Part shown: positions 32,148 through 44,654 of the stretch, in pieces
How the letters are laid out: every line of letters begins with the position of its first letter
How positions within the stretch are numbered: position 1 is the stretch's first letter
NCBI GenBank assembly: GCA_012862495.1
Contig: BLSG01000411.1
Span: 174,411-238,410 of the forward strand
Source of the DNA: Thraustochytrium aureum
Lineage: Eukaryota
DNA length: 64,000 bases
Direction: 5' to 3'
Translations under genes and position numbers: made by a program
Notes under the pieces: generated by a model
Told to the model about the DNA's origin: nothing
Databases searched by the model: none
What the model saw: only the letters and a program-made list of their open reading frames with translations

Positions 32148-33627
32148 CTTGGCCTGGACCGCGTCGGGCCCGAGCGTACCAAACCGTTCAGCCTTCTTCC
32201 AACCGGCGCGTCGAGTTGCTCGCCTGCAGGTCTGCGAGCCGCGCGTCCGTTCGCGTTGTCGACAGCCTCACGGCGGTGTTTGCGCAAGGCCCTCAAGGAG
32301 CTGGAGATTCTGGACCGCTCCGCACCTGGCCACGACGTCAACGAGGGCGAGCACGTGCGCTGGCGCCGCCGGCCCGGCTGCGTCCTGCTCGAGCTCGGCG
32401 CGACGCCCGGCTTGGAGCGAGGGGTTTGATGCGCACGAGCGGCCGGTGGGGGTGAGGATCCGCCGTCCTGGTCTTTCTGGCGAGGCGGGATGGCGCAGTT
32501 TGGGCTGCGCACACCGTGAGGCCTGGCACGGCGGTGCCGCGGCCAGGGTGCTTCAGTTTGCCTTGCGCAGGTAGCCTTAGAAGCGCGTCTGGCGCCGGGG
32601 ACTCGCGGGCGCGCAAGTCGGCGGAGCTGCGTGCTGGATTAGTTGGCGTGGCGCCTCTCTGGCGCTGCGAGTGGGCGGGGCCCTCGCGGCGCGGTCCTCG
32701 CGGCGCGGTCCTCGCAACGCGGTCCTTGCGTCGTGCAAAGAGATGGGGCAAGTGGAGCTCTCGCGTGACTGGAGAAGCTCGTCCAGCGCGGGCAGCCCGG
32801 CGAGCCAGAACGCTCCAGCAAGTCCTCCGCTCACAGGTCCGCGCCCGCAGTGTTCATGCATTGGTTCCGCCGTGCGCGCAGAGCTGATGCCAATGAACCA
32901 GCCGCGGCGAAGGAAGGCCAGCCCCCACGCAAGGATGGGCAGCTCGCGCGACCCCATCTATCAGCATCCCCCATCCCACCGATGACACAAGCTAGGTTCC
33001 GGTAGTACTAGTTCCGGTCGGTACTTTGCGGTGGCGCCGGCGAGCAATTGATCATTTGCTTGCAATCAAAAGAACGCGTTCCTTCCGCCTGCCAGCCTGC
33101 GGACTCTGCCTCGAGTCGAGCGAGCCACGATCGCCGGTGCCACGGCTTCGCCATGATCGTAACGCCCTTGCCTTCGTCGCCCACCGCCAGCCCGGCTCTG
33201 GAGCGAAACCCGCGCTCACCCTGCCCCACCTGCTCGCTGACTCGGCCCACTTCCTGCCACGCCCGAGCCTTCTCCTGAGGAACACTTCCTTCCTTCCTCC
33301 ACTATACCGCGTTCATCCTGGTTGGGATTTTATTGGAGGTATTTGTGGAGCAGGTGGAGGCGCCCTGCCCGCCGTACATTTTCTCGCAGTGCCTGCGCAA
33401 CGACGTGCGAAGAGCGGGCGCCGCAGACACGCAACGCGTAGCAGCGCTGCCCGCGCGCGCGCCTGTGCGAGACGCGAGAGTCGCGGGGCACGTGCTTGCT
33501 GCTTGCGAGGCTCCGGCTGCCTTTGCGCTGCTCGCAGAGCGCGAGGTTGGCCGATTTGGGACGTGTCTGGTGGATTGACGCACAGGACGCCCTGCTCCAA
33601 GTCCTGCCTCGCTGCACGAGGTGCGGA

Positions 33628-35723
33628 ATGGCTGCAACGGTGGGGAGGATGCGGGCCATCGCGCAGAGCGCGCTCTGGAAGTCGGCGACCGGGCTGCCTG
33701 GCCTGGCGCCGCTGAGAAGCGCCGGACGGCTGGCCAGGCTCGAGGCGAATGTGGTGAACCGAGCGCCGCTGTTCGGCGCGAGGAGCGTGAGCTCGACCGC
33801 GGATCGGATCCGCAACGTGGCGATCGTGGCACATGTCGACCACGGGAAAAGCACACTGTAAGTACAAAGCAGCGCTGGTTCTTTGCAGGCGAGACGGCAA
33901 GCTGACGCCTCCGCAGGGTGGACGCACTGCTGAGCGCGGCCAACGCGAGCGCAAACATCGACCGCGAGATGGACAGCGACCCGCTCGAGCGCGAGCGCGG
34001 CATCACAATCTTGTCCAAGTCGACATCGCTGAATTTCGATGGCACGCTGATCAACATTGTGGACACGCCCGGCCACACCGACTTTTCTGGCGAGGTGGAG
34101 CGCGTCCTGTCGATGGTGGACGGAATCTGCCTGGTCGTCGACGCAACGGACGGGCCTATGCCGCAGACCAAGTACGTTTTGAGCAAGGCGCTCGAGAAGA
34201 ACCTGGTCCCGATCGTTGTCATCAACAAGGTGGACCGCCCGACGACGCGCCTTGGCGAAGTCGAGAACGAGATCTTCGACCTGTTCTGCTCTCTCGATGC
34301 CTCCGACGAGCAGCTCGAGTACCAGACCATCTACGCCGTTGGCCGCGACAAGTGGTCCGCGACGTCCATGCCAGAGACGCTCCCCAGCGCTTTCGAGCCA
34401 AATATGCAGCCGCTTCTCCAAACGATTGTGGATAGAATCCCGCCCCCGCGCGTGCAGGAGGGCGACTTCCGGATGCTGGTCTCTATCATGGAGAGCGACC
34501 CCTCGGTGCACCTTGGCAAGGTGCTGCTCACCGGCCGCGTGCACAGCGGCGTGGCCAAGCCCGGTTTGGGCATCAAGATCATCAAGTCGGACGGCGAGAC
34601 GGCGGAGGGCGAGCAGTCCATCATCAAGTTGTTCAAGCGGCTCGGCTCGCAACGCTACGAGGTTAGCGAAGCGCATGCAGGCGACATCGTGACCTTGGCC
34701 GGCGTGCTCGGCGGCCGGGTCGCCGACACGATTTCTTCCGTCGCCGCCGTGTCTCTTGGCGCGATCCCTGGCCCGAAGCTGGACCCCCCCACGATCTCGA
34801 TGTTCTTTGCAATCAACGACTCGCCGCTCGGCGGCAACAAAGAGTTTTCGGGTGGAACCAAGCTCACCTCGCAACTACTCAAGGACCGCCTGATCAAGGA
34901 GACCGAGAGCAACATTGCCGTTCAGATTGCGAGCGAGTCGGTCCCGGTCGACGGCCGCGACTGCATCGAGGTGCATGGCCGCGGCGAGATGCAGCTCGGC
35001 ATTCTGATTGAAAACATGCGTCGCGAGGGTTTTGAGCTCTCCGTGTCGCCGCCCAAGGCGCTCATGCGCAGGGACGAGAATGGCAACCTGGAAGAGCCTG
35101 TGGAGGAGGTCACGATCGACGTGTCCGAGGCGCAGGCCGGTTTGGTCATCGAGGCTCTCGTTGCACGCAAGGGCGAGATGACGGACAGCGTGCCGAACGG
35201 CGACGGAACGCGCCGCAAGGTCACGTTTCTCGTCCCCTCCCGCGGCACCGTTGGTCTGCGTGGAGAAATGATGCGCGGCTCTCGCGGGGACGCCATCGTG
35301 AGCTCTGTTTTCCACGGCTACATGCCGTACATGGGCAAGCTGGGGGAGACGCGCAAGGGGGTGCTTGTGGCCACGCACGCCGGCGTCGCTACAAATTACG
35401 CGCTCAAGACGACGGAGGAGCGGGGCGAGCTCTTCATCTCCCCGGGGCAGACCGTCTACGAGGGGATGATCCTGGGCGAGAACTCGCGCTCCGAGGACAT
35501 GCCCGTCAATGTGACAAGGACCAAAAAGCTCACCAACATGCGCGCTGCCGGCAAGGACGAGCAGGTGCGCCTTACGCCGCCGCGCCAGATGCAGTTGGAG
35601 GAGTGCATTGGATACATTCGCAACGACGAGCTCATCGAGATCACACCGCGCGAGGTGCGAATGCGCAAGTCTATCTTGGACGCGTCTGAGCGCAAACGCA
35701 GATCGCGCTCCGGCATGGACTAG
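33628..35723 (+). CDS. typA: TypA/BipA translational GTPase, probably mitochondrial; exons 33628-33857 and 33917-35723
   Basis: IRNVAIVAHVDHGKSTL joins VDALL across a 59-nt GTAAGT...GCTGAC...GCAG intron (33858-33916). Also ERERGITI, DTPGH, NKVD, GRGEMQLGILIENMRREGFE and KKLTNMRA. The N-terminus is presequence-like. Confidence 0.95.
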
Positions 35724-36120
35724 AGAGTGCCCTGCTGCTTGCGGGGTGGGATGGGGTGGGAGGTAGGAGACGCAGAGCTGCGCGTGTATCAGTGTGTCAA
35801 CCGCTGCCCCAGGCTCTTGTAGTCAGAGCCCATGGCCTCGCTGCGGCTTGGCCTCGCTGCGGCATGGCCTCCTTGCGGCATGGCCTCGGCAAGCGCTTCC
35901 CGAATGCGGACCGCTCTCCGCGCAACTCCAGGCCAAATTGCAAGTTCTGCGGCGCTGCATAACGAAAGACGAATGGCAGAGCTATTGTCACATCCTTGGC
36001 GTTGTTCTCTGTGGGACCCCGAGCGCTTCGGGCTAGCCGCTCGCGCGTTAGAGTTTGTCCTAAAGCTAATAGCCGAATGAGCGCCTGCCCAACTCAACTC
36101 GCCCGAGCAGGAGTGGGTAG

Positions 36121-38012
36121 CTATGCAGGGGAGAAGGGCTCCTCGACAAGGTACGGAAGGCCGCCGTCGTCGCAATAGTCGAGGCGGGAGGCACCGCTGC
36201 CAAGAGCGATATCTGCAATCGCGATTTGCACGTTGCGTTGGGCCGCTGAAAATCGCGTCGCCCCGGGCGAGGTGATTTGCGGGGACTTTGGCGAGGTCGG
36301 GTCCACGTACGTCGAGCATTCGCCCGTCCCGTTCTTGAAGTGAACAAAGTCTCGCTTGGTCTTCTCGTGCGAAACGAGCTTGCCGCCCACCGACTCGCGC
36401 TGCTGCTGCCGAACGACTTCGCGGTGCGCAAACTCGCCCGTCGCGCTCTCGAGGTGCGTCACCTCCTTGATAGTCTCCTCGAGCTCCTCCCAGACCTGGA
36501 CCTTGCCGTCCCAGAGCACCTTTGTGAACTCGACCTTGCGCGTCTCTGTGACGATTTCTCGGCGGCGAAAGCTCCCGCAAACGTCAAAGGTGCTCTGTGC
36601 AAGCACGCCAACAGACGGGCCACCACGACCGCGAAATCCGAGCGCAGCAAATACTTGGGGGTACATGCATGCCTCGCTCGTGTCACAAGCAAACGCCACC
36701 GAACCGCCTGGGATGAGCCAACCGCGCGCCGCGGCATCAAATCGGCGGGGGTCTACTTCGCTCTGGCTTTGCTGCGCCTGCTCAAAGATCTCTTCGCGAC
36801 GGCGCCGCAGCTCTTGCTCGCGCTCCATCTCGGCTTCCTCTTCAGGGGAGGGGTCGAGGCCGCGGTTCCACATGTCGATCAAGACGCTCTCCGTGCCGCG
36901 GATTGCTTCGTCCCACTCGGGGTCGTTGCTGAAGCGGATGCCCAGCTTGACCACGATCAATTTGGCGCATTGCTTGCATTCGTCGACCTCGCCGTGGGCC
37001 CAGAGGCATAGGGCAGAGAGGAGCAGCCCTGCGCGGCCCTCCAAGTCTGGCCCCACGTGCTCGGGAAGGTGGTCCACGATCTGCTCGACCGCGTTGGCGC
37101 ACTGCACCACCACGGCGGCAACGTCGTGCAGTGTGCCGGCCTCAAGGAGGGCCGCGAGCGTGCGGCCGAACCCGTACGGCATCCGCTCTCCGATGCGGTA
37201 GAGGCACACCATGGCCGCAGAGGCCACTAGCGGCTCTGGGTCGATGCTGCGGACAAGGCACATCTCCAAAAGGGCGCGCTCGTTGACGATATCGGAGCAG
37301 TCGTGCACTTGCTCGGGACAATTGTCGACAATAGTGGCCAGCACACCGAAAGCCTCGCCCGCCAGGCCGGGGTCCTCGCAGGCGGCAAGGTTGCACACCA
37401 GGGGCAGCACGTTCCGAACGATCCCAGCTAGCGTCTCGCAAGAATCGTGGTCCGCAAGGAGCCGCAATGCGTCCAAAACCCAGGGCAGGCTCGACAAGTC
37501 GCCGTCGTCGATTTCTGGGAGGCAGGCCAGGATCTGCTCAACGGCCTGGTCGGCATCCAGAAAGTCCCCTTCTTCCGCAGCTTCTCCAGAGCCTTCCTCG
37601 ATCGATTCCTCGGCAGGAAGGGCAGGGTCGCCTGGAACGGCTTGGGACTGGTCGATCTCGGCCCAATTTGGGGCCCCACCTTCGGGCGCGTCGTGGCTGG
37701 GCCGCTGGCGGCGCTCTTTCGATCCAAAGGCCGCCTCATAGCTAAGGGGTTGGTGCGGAAGCGGGCTGCGGGAACGCGACGTGGAGCAGTCGCTCTCGGC
37801 CGGCTCAGAGCTCGACGCTGAAGCGGATGACCGTGCCGTATAATCCTCCGCGTGCTGGGGGCGTGCTGTCTTTGAAGGGTCGTGCGATCTCGGGCTCTGT
37901 CGCGGCGAGAATGCGCTCGGCACGGCGCCTTGCTCGCCGAATAGCTCGTCTTTCGAGAAGGGTTGGTCAAGTGAGTCTGCACCGCGCTCGCTCCTACTCG
38001 AGCCCGAGTCAC

Positions 38013-38047
<35 letters not shown>

Positions 38048-38978
38048 GTGGTGTTTGTGGGGGTTGGGTGAGCGTTGCCGGTGGCCCTGGCTGGGCTTCG
38101 TTGCGCTCGTCGCGGGGACATTGCCTTGTCGTTCGCCGACCCAGGCTCCGCACCGCTCCACGCGGCACCGTGCTGGCCAAGAAACGGAATCTCCGGCACT
38201 TGCATACCGCTACCGGGAGCAAGCGCGCCATCGTTCTGCAGGAGGCCATCCTCGTGGCGCGCGTCGGCAAAGGCGCGACGCGGCGTGGCCTTTTCCATTC
38301 CTCCATGCTTAGGTCGACCTTTAGGAGGCGCTGGAGACGAAAACGGTGGCATACGCGGGTTTGCGCGTCCTTGTGGCACGGGGCGGACACCACGCAGTCG
38401 ACCTGCTCAATGAGGTACCGAGTCACAAAGTCCGCCGCCCATGGGAAGAAATCGTCCCATCCGAGGAATGACATGCCCGATTCGCTGAATGGCTCCTGAA
38501 CGAGCTCGTCCAGCCTCGCTGGGCTGGCCTTCAATAGCTTTGGCACCTTTTCGCCAAGCGTGCCCATCGCCCTGAGCACGCAGGTGAGCAACAGAGTGCA
38601 TTCGTCCGCGCCCAGCGCCGATGACGCCCCGAGGTCAAACAGGTTGAACAGCAACCTGCACTTGTCGCGCAGGGTGCCGTCGCTGAGCAAGCAAAGCGCC
38701 GTGAATACCGTGAGGGTGCACCCCTTCCGCGTGTGCGAGTTGGCCATGTTGCGGATATTGGCCCGCTCGCTGAACGGCTTGAACATCCTGACCGCCTCTC
38801 GCGTGCCCAGCCTCGGAAACGCCTGCACAAACGTCTCGAACGTGATCGACAGCGACCCAGGCTCCGCCACGCTTTCAAACCGATCCATGCACTCCTTCAC
38901 GTCCCGTACGCCCCACTTGCGCACCGAGCTCCGTTCAAACTCCGGCTTGAGCCGCATGTACGAAGCGTGATTCCCCAT
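36121..38978 (-). CDS. Protein with N-terminal calcineurin-B/recoverin-like EF-hand region, low-complexity linker and ARM/HEAT-like domain; frameshift near 38381
   Basis: MGNHAS start; LCLLSDGTLRDKCRLLFNLFDLGASSALGADE; the overlapping ORF 38379-36121 has a helical-repeat-like region. One added C in a C4 run joins the two frames. Two separate genes cannot be excluded. Confidence 0.6.
38014..38046. repeat. (GTT)n microsatellite encoding poly-Asn on the minus strand
   Basis: About 11 GTT units read directly. Confidence 0.9.
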
Positions 38979-40103
38979 CGTCGTTGAGCCTTGCTCCGCG
39001 AAGGCAGGGCCCCTACCGCCGTGCTTGAGAAGATCGGATACGCCGCAAGCCTTCGCCGCGCGCGACAACCGCCCACAGACTCTGCCGGCAAGGCGACCTG
39101 CCAGCCTGAAGCCAATCTGGCGCACGATCAACCCAATCAGCCATCACCAGAAAGTGTCCGTTGAACGTCTATCGATCAACGAGTTGCTCGGCGGCACCGC
39201 GACAACACGAACATCTTGATTGATTTCTTTCAAGAGAAAGCAAAGCAACTTGTCGCGGGGATGGGCGAGCGGCAACGACGAGAGAGCACGTGCATGCGCC
39301 AGCGCTGGCAAGCAGGCGCCCGCCCGCAGCATACCTGCATGTATGCATCCGACTCCAACAGCATGCGTAGGCGCCGATTCAGGTAGAGCGACAGCCTGAG
39401 CCACGTAGAAACCGGGATGGCGAAGAGCCCGACGAACGACGGCCTTCTCATGTTGACACGAAACGCCAGTGACAAACGCGTTGGCGGTCGCTCACCCGCG
39501 GATCGAAACAGTTGCGCCAAGCGACCTCTTGATCGCCATGGCGGAGCAGACGAGGCGGCCATGATGGTGCCGAGTCACCCGTGTGCCGTCCAAACAGGAG
39601 CTGCGAGCGCTGCGTCGGACGGGAAACCTATCGAATGATCTATTATTCCGTTCCGATTGAACGTGCAGTATAATCGATNNNNNNNNNNNNNNNNNNNNNN
39701 NNNNNNNNNNNNNNNNNNNNNNNNNNNNNNNNNNNNNNNNNNNNNNNNNNNNNNNNNNNNNNNNNNNNNNNNNNNNNNNNNNNNNNNNNNNNNNNNNNNN
39801 NNNNNNNNNNNNNNNNNNNNNNNNNNNNNNNNNNNNNNNNNNNNNNNNNNNNNNNNNNNNNNNNNNNNNNNATTATTCCGTTCCGATTGAACGTGCAGTA
39901 TAATCGATTGACTGGGCCAAGGTGCCGATTGGAAGAGAGCGAGTAACCGCAAGACGACGAGGAGGAGGAGGAGGAGGAGGAGGGAGGGGCAGGAGCGCGC
40001 GGAGGAGCAGAGCCGCAACGGGAGAGGGCGTCGGGGCGGCCTTTGCGGTGGTCGGAGGCGTTGATTGCAGCTGCGCGCCACGGCCGGGCGCCGCGGCGCT
40101 GGG

Positions 40104-43100
40104 ATGCGTAAATGCGGGAATGTGGACCAGAAGGTGGTCCTCGCGGACGACCGCTCCGGCCTGGAGGCGCTGCAGGGGTTCCTGATGAAGAAGTCGACGC
40201 GCGGGAGCTGGCAGAAGAGGTACTTTTGCGTGAGTAACCAGTTTCTGAACTATTTTGGGTCGCAGAAGATGCTCGCGCTCAAAGCGTCCTGCGACCTGTG
40301 TGAACTGTTGGAAGAGCCGAGCTTGGTGGGACGGTTTGGCGAGTTTCTGCTGAGGCTGCCCGACGGCGACGTTGCGCTCAAGGCAAAGAGCCTCAAGCAG
40401 GCCGGGGACTGGGTGCGGTGCCTGTGCGAGCGCCGCGCCTACTTTGAAAGCGGCCCCGGGTCCGTCTTGGTCCAGCTCTCCACTAGCGCCGCGCAAGGCG
40501 ACAACGACGCCAATACGGACGACGGCCAAGATGCCCCGGACAGCGCCGTCAGCAACGGGAGCGCTGCGTCCCATGCGAGCCGGACCAAAAACAACCTGCC
40601 TCGGTCAATGCCAAGCAGCATACCGAACGGCGCCGACGACCAACGAGACGACGACGGCCACGACGTGGAGCGCAAGGACGGCGCCTCGCCCCAACAATCG
40701 GCTGCCAAGCTACGCTCTGCTTCTGGGTCGCAGAGGAGCTTGGGCAGGAGCCAGTCCGGCTCGTCTCTGGCTGGACTCAGCGCAGAAGCGACTGCACAAG
40801 GCGCCAAAAACCTCAAGAACCGGGTGAAAAAGATCACCACGAGGAAAGCCACCACCGTCAAGGCGCGCGACACGGCGTGGGAAGCGCTTGCTGCTTCGAA
40901 ATGCGCCAAGAGCGGCATGCTGATGAAGAAGTCGCCGAGCCGCTTCAAAGCTTGGCAGGCGAGGCACTTTCGCCTCATTGAGGGCGGCCTATACTACTAC
41001 AAGAGCGAGCGCCACCCCTTTGGGAACTTTCAAGGGCGCATCGCCATCGACAAGGCTTGCGAGGTCGTTCGCGGGCCCGACGGTGGCGAGGGGGACGACG
41101 GCGTCGTCTTCCTCATCAAGACGCCGTTGCGCACGTTCGAGCTCAAGGCTGAAAGTGACGCAGTCCGTGCACAGTGGACCGCCGCCATCGAGGCCCAGCG
41201 CGCGGCACTAGAGGAGCGAGTGCGAGAGGAGATCGAGGTGGCGTTAAAGCACGAAGACGAGAAGACCGCTATCGAGCAGCAGCTGCTCGAGGAGGCTCTG
41301 ATGGAGGAGCGCGTCCCTGACTGGATGGTCGAATGGGACGAGACGGAGCACGTGGACCGCTTGGAGAAGATCCAGCTCAAGCTGGAAAACAAGTTTGCGG
41401 GAAGCTCCGAAAACCTCGACACGACCCTCGCGGCAGCAACCGGACTCATAGAGGAGCTGGACGAGCTCGCTGCGCAGTGCCTCGGCCAGCGCGAGCCGCG
41501 TGCCGACATTCTCACAGTGTTTGTCAGATTGTACCACATGCGCGTCGAGCACGAGATCGGCTATTACCTCGTCGGGGAGCGGTTTCAGAGTCTTTCGATC
41601 AACGACATGCTGCGGCTCATGGACCTGATCACTGCCTACGACGATTTCCTTCGCAAACTCTTGGAGGGCGAGCATGGCCAGCGCCTCCGCGATGAGCTCC
41701 CACCGAATTCGATGACAGATCACGTTGACCGCATGGCGGAGCGTTACCTCTTCGAGCTCCAGGACTCGCACGGGACTTGGGTGGAGAACATCATTCGAAC
41801 GCACTTTGCGCGCGGTGAAAGTTGCGTCGAGTCGCTCAGCCAGGGCAGCTCGCTGCTCTGTACGTCCGCGCCGGTGGACATCTTCAATATGATCAACGAG
41901 ACGCTCGTGATGGCCAAGGCGTCCGGCGTGGACCAGGTGCAAGGCGCCGTGCTTACGTGCTGCTTGGTCACTATTGCGGACTACATCTCCAACTTGATGC
42001 ACGACATCCAGCGCACAGAGCGCGGCAAGTTGCTCGCCAAGGACCTGCGCTTCCTCTGCGCCGTGACCAACGACTGCCACACGGTGATTGATCACCTCGA
42101 CAGTCTGGAGAAGGGCGAGTTCGGGGTCCCGTGCGCCGACTTTGGCATCGACTGGGAGCCCGTTCGCGTCAAGTACGAGCAGGCTGCGCTCGGCCTCATA
42201 AACTTGATCATCGATATGGTGCACGCCGACCTGGAACAGCTCTACGTCGTCCTCTTCACGAGCGGCCACCTCGACGTTGGGTCGGAAAACATCGAGGCGA
42301 ACGTGATGGCGCGCATCGCGGTGACCGTCCAAGACTATCTCAGTGATATCCGCATGTTTCTCTTCCCGGCCTACTTTTCCAAGCTCGTGCGCCTCCTCGT
42401 TCGCGACATCGTGGTCAAGTACTGCTCGCGCCTCGTCGCTTCAACGCCGGTGTACGAACGCGCACAGACCCTCGTCGAAGAGGTTCTCCCTGAGAAGCAG
42501 CGCTACTCTGCGCTTGACACGTTCTTAACCCTGCAGAGCTCCTCGCGGCTCTCGCTCGACGACATTTTCCACATCCGTGCCGACAAGGACGGCATCCTAG
42601 GCGAGCTGGCGCCATTTGTGTCGGATGCCGAAAAGTTTTTCGCCAAGGAGTTCGCGCTGCTGGACGACATTCTCGACCTCTTAGCTGTGTCGCCAGAGTT
42701 CTTTCCGAGCGCCGTGGTGAAGATGTGCGCAGGCAAGGCCAAGGTGGTCCAACGGGCGGTGGTTGCCACTGCTCTGGCCTGCCTCTCGCTTCGCCTCGAT
42801 GTAACGAGTGCGCAGTCGTCCCAGATCCGCCACGCGATAAGCACCTCGTTGCAGGAAGCTGCAGTCGCAAGGCATTTCACGGTCCTGCAAGGACGGCAGG
42901 ACGAGAGCGACAGTGCCGGCCAGTTCGAGGCGCAGCTCTATCACCGGCTCTGGCCGGACCTCACTCTCTCGTCCTCCGTGAGTGACAAGATATTCAACCT
43001 TGCGCGAGTGACCAAGATGCGAATGTCCGTGGTCCGCGAGGACGCCCTCCCGCCCGCCGATGCCGCCGGTGCTGGCGCCGCGCTGCTTGGCTTGGCAGCT

Positions 43101-44654
43101 GATGTCCTGAGCAGGGCGACCAAGGCTGTCGGGCAAAAGCCCATTCCTGAGGGCGCGGCGCAGGAGGAGCCGAGGCCGGCCGCGGCGAGCGGGCGCAGGC
43201 GGGGCTCATCCCTGCTCGAGGCCGTCTCGCTTGACATCTCCGACGATGCTGTCATGGCCCGCAAGCAGCTCAGACTCGGCAAGCTGGACACGACCGAGGA
43301 CATCCGCGACATCGACCTGCACGGCTACCTGGACAAGAAGAGCGCCAGTGCGCCGCACCCCTGGCAGCGGCGCTGGTTCGTCGTGCACAAAGCGCAGGAT
43401 GTCGGAACCAAGCAGTGGCGCGTTGCGCTCTCTTGGCACAAGACGCACAGCGCGCCTGTCAAGTCGCGCGTCTTCCTCGACGAGGTGGAGCGCATCGAGC
43501 TCGTGAGCGCGCTCCCCGTCCGCCTTGCAGCGGATGGGATCTCGCTGGTGCTCATCAAAGAGCAACTCCCGAAGAAAAACACGGGCAGCAGCAGGTACGA
43601 GTTTCAGGTAATCACTTCGCAGCACGCTTACTCGTTGCGTGCAACCTCGATGAGCGAGACGATCACCTGGGTCAACGGCCTCAACAAGGCGAGCCGCGAA
43701 GCGCGCCGCCTCGCAGCGGCCATCAAGTCGAGCGAAGACGCATGGCGCTCGAAGCGCCACTCGAGCTCGGTTGGAGGCCAAGCCGCCCACCTGAGCTCCC
43801 TCAACATGGCGCAGCTCCGCTCCCTTTGTGCGAGCAAGGGGATTCGAGTCGACCCGAACGCCGCCCCGGACGAGCTGGTTGCGCTTCTTCAAGAGGCTGC
43901 GAGGGTCGAGACGGACAAAAATGCTATGGCAGAGAGGGTCGACGGCGAGGAAAAGAAGAAGCTGCTGCTCTCCAAGTCGATCAGGGAACTGCGCGACACT
44001 TGCCAAGAGCACGGCCTGGATGCGGGCGAGTACATGGAGAAGTCGGAGCTCGTCACTTTGATTGCGTCGAGCACCAACGCGGGGGCGGTGCCGCGCGAGG
44101 AGGCGGAGGGGCACCTGCGGCAGCTCATTGCGCGAGGGCTGCAACTCCTTGAGGAGGCCGAAGGAGATGCGGAGGCAGGCGCCGCCAAGGAAGGAACCGC
44201 GGGCGGCAATTTGAGGCCAACGTCCCCGGCAGCTTCGCTCTCCAAGGTCGAGACTGCGGTGGGGATTTTCGAGCGCGTTGCCAGGGAGGCGAACGAGCTG
44301 GGCAATCGCCTAATCGAAGCCCGTGCATTTCATGGGCTGGCTTCGGCCTACTCGATCTCGGACGACCGACGCGCCGCAGCGCCACTAATGTTTGAAATGG
44401 CGTCCGGCATGTTCTTCACGGCCGGGGAGAAGTCGGACGCGCGCTCCTGTGTCATGGATGCGTCCGAAATGTACCGTATCGCTGGACAGTACGAGGACGC
44501 TGTGCGTGTCTTGGTGGAATTCGATACCAAGGCCAAGTCGCTCGAGTTTTCCTCCATGATCGAGCAGCTTCGCCTTGAGCTGCAGCGCAAGAACAAACCG
44601 GTCAAGACCTCGCGCTTCAGCCACCTTTTCGTCGGTTCGTCATCCCGCAAGTAA
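40104..44654 (+). CDS. Multi-PH-domain protein with central exocyst Sec6/EXOC3-like domain and C-terminal TPR/SNAP-like helices
   Basis: Three PH signatures (LQGFLMKKS...WQKRYF; KSGMLMKKS...WQARHF; LHGYLDKKS...WQRRWF). Sec6-like TSAPVDIFNMINE, FLCAVTND and TVQDY. Short helical repeats resembling SAP/HeH. Confidence 0.78.
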   Translation: MRKCGNVDQKVVLADDRSGLEALQGFLMKKSTRGSWQKRYFCVSNQFLNYFGSQKMLALKASCDLCELLEEPSLVGRFGEFLLRLPDGDVALKAKSLKQAGDWVRCLCERRAYFESGPGSVLVQLSTSAAQGDNDANTDDGQDAPDSAVSNGSAASHASRTKNNLPRSMPSSIPNGADDQRDDDGHDVERKDGASPQQSAAKLRSASGSQRSLGRSQSGSSLAGLSAEATAQGAKNLKNRVKKITTRKATTVKARDTAWEALAASKCAKSGMLMKKSPSRFKAWQARHFRLIEGGLYYYKSERHPFGNFQGRIAIDKACEVVRGPDGGEGDDGVVFLIKTPLRTFELKAESDAVRAQWTAAIEAQRAALEERVREEIEVALKHEDEKTAIEQQLLEEALMEERVPDWMVEWDETEHVDRLEKIQLKLENKFAGSSENLDTTLAAATGLIEELDELAAQCLGQREPRADILTVFVRLYHMRVEHEIGYYLVGERFQSLSINDMLRLMDLITAYDDFLRKLLEGEHGQRLRDELPPNSMTDHVDRMAERYLFELQDSHGTWVENIIRTHFARGESCVESLSQGSSLLCTSAPVDIFNMINETLVMAKASGVDQVQGAVLTCCLVTIADYISNLMHDIQRTERGKLLAKDLRFLCAVTNDCHTVIDHLDSLEKGEFGVPCADFGIDWEPVRVKYEQAALGLINLIIDMVHADLEQLYVVLFTSGHLDVGSENIEANVMARIAVTVQDYLSDIRMFLFPAYFSKLVRLLVRDIVVKYCSRLVASTPVYERAQTLVEEVLPEKQRYSALDTFLTLQSSSRLSLDDIFHIRADKDGILGELAPFVSDAEKFFAKEFALLDDILDLLAVSPEFFPSAVVKMCAGKAKVVQRAVVATALACLSLRLDVTSAQSSQIRHAISTSLQEAAVARHFTVLQGRQDESDSAGQFEAQLYHRLWPDLTLSSSVSDKIFNLARVTKMRMSVVREDALPPADAAGAGAALLGLAADVLSRATKAVGQKPIPEGAAQEEPRPAAASGRRRGSSLLEAVSLDISDDAVMARKQLRLGKLDTTEDIRDIDLHGYLDKKSASAPHPWQRRWFVVHKAQDVGTKQWRVALSWHKTHSAPVKSRVFLDEVERIELVSALPVRLAADGISLVLIKEQLPKKNTGSSRYEFQVITSQHAYSLRATSMSETITWVNGLNKASREARRLAAAIKSSEDAWRSKRHSSSVGGQAAHLSSLNMAQLRSLCASKGIRVDPNAAPDELVALLQEAARVETDKNAMAERVDGEEKKKLLLSKSIRELRDTCQEHGLDAGEYMEKSELVTLIASSTNAGAVPREEAEGHLRQLIARGLQLLEEAEGDAEAGAAKEGTAGGNLRPTSPAASLSKVETAVGIFERVAREANELGNRLIEARAFHGLASAYSISDDRRAAAPLMFEMASGMFFTAGEKSDARSCVMDASEMYRIAGQYEDAVRVLVEFDTKAKSLEFSSMIEQLRLELQRKNKPVKTSRFSHLFVGSSSRK

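Noticed and set aside
39642..39908. Identical 37-bp sequence on both sides of an N-gap (39642-39678 and 39872-39908) as a target-site duplication or terminal repeat
   Set aside because: It abuts the gap exactly on both sides, so unmerged contig overlap or a collapsed tandem repeat is more likely.
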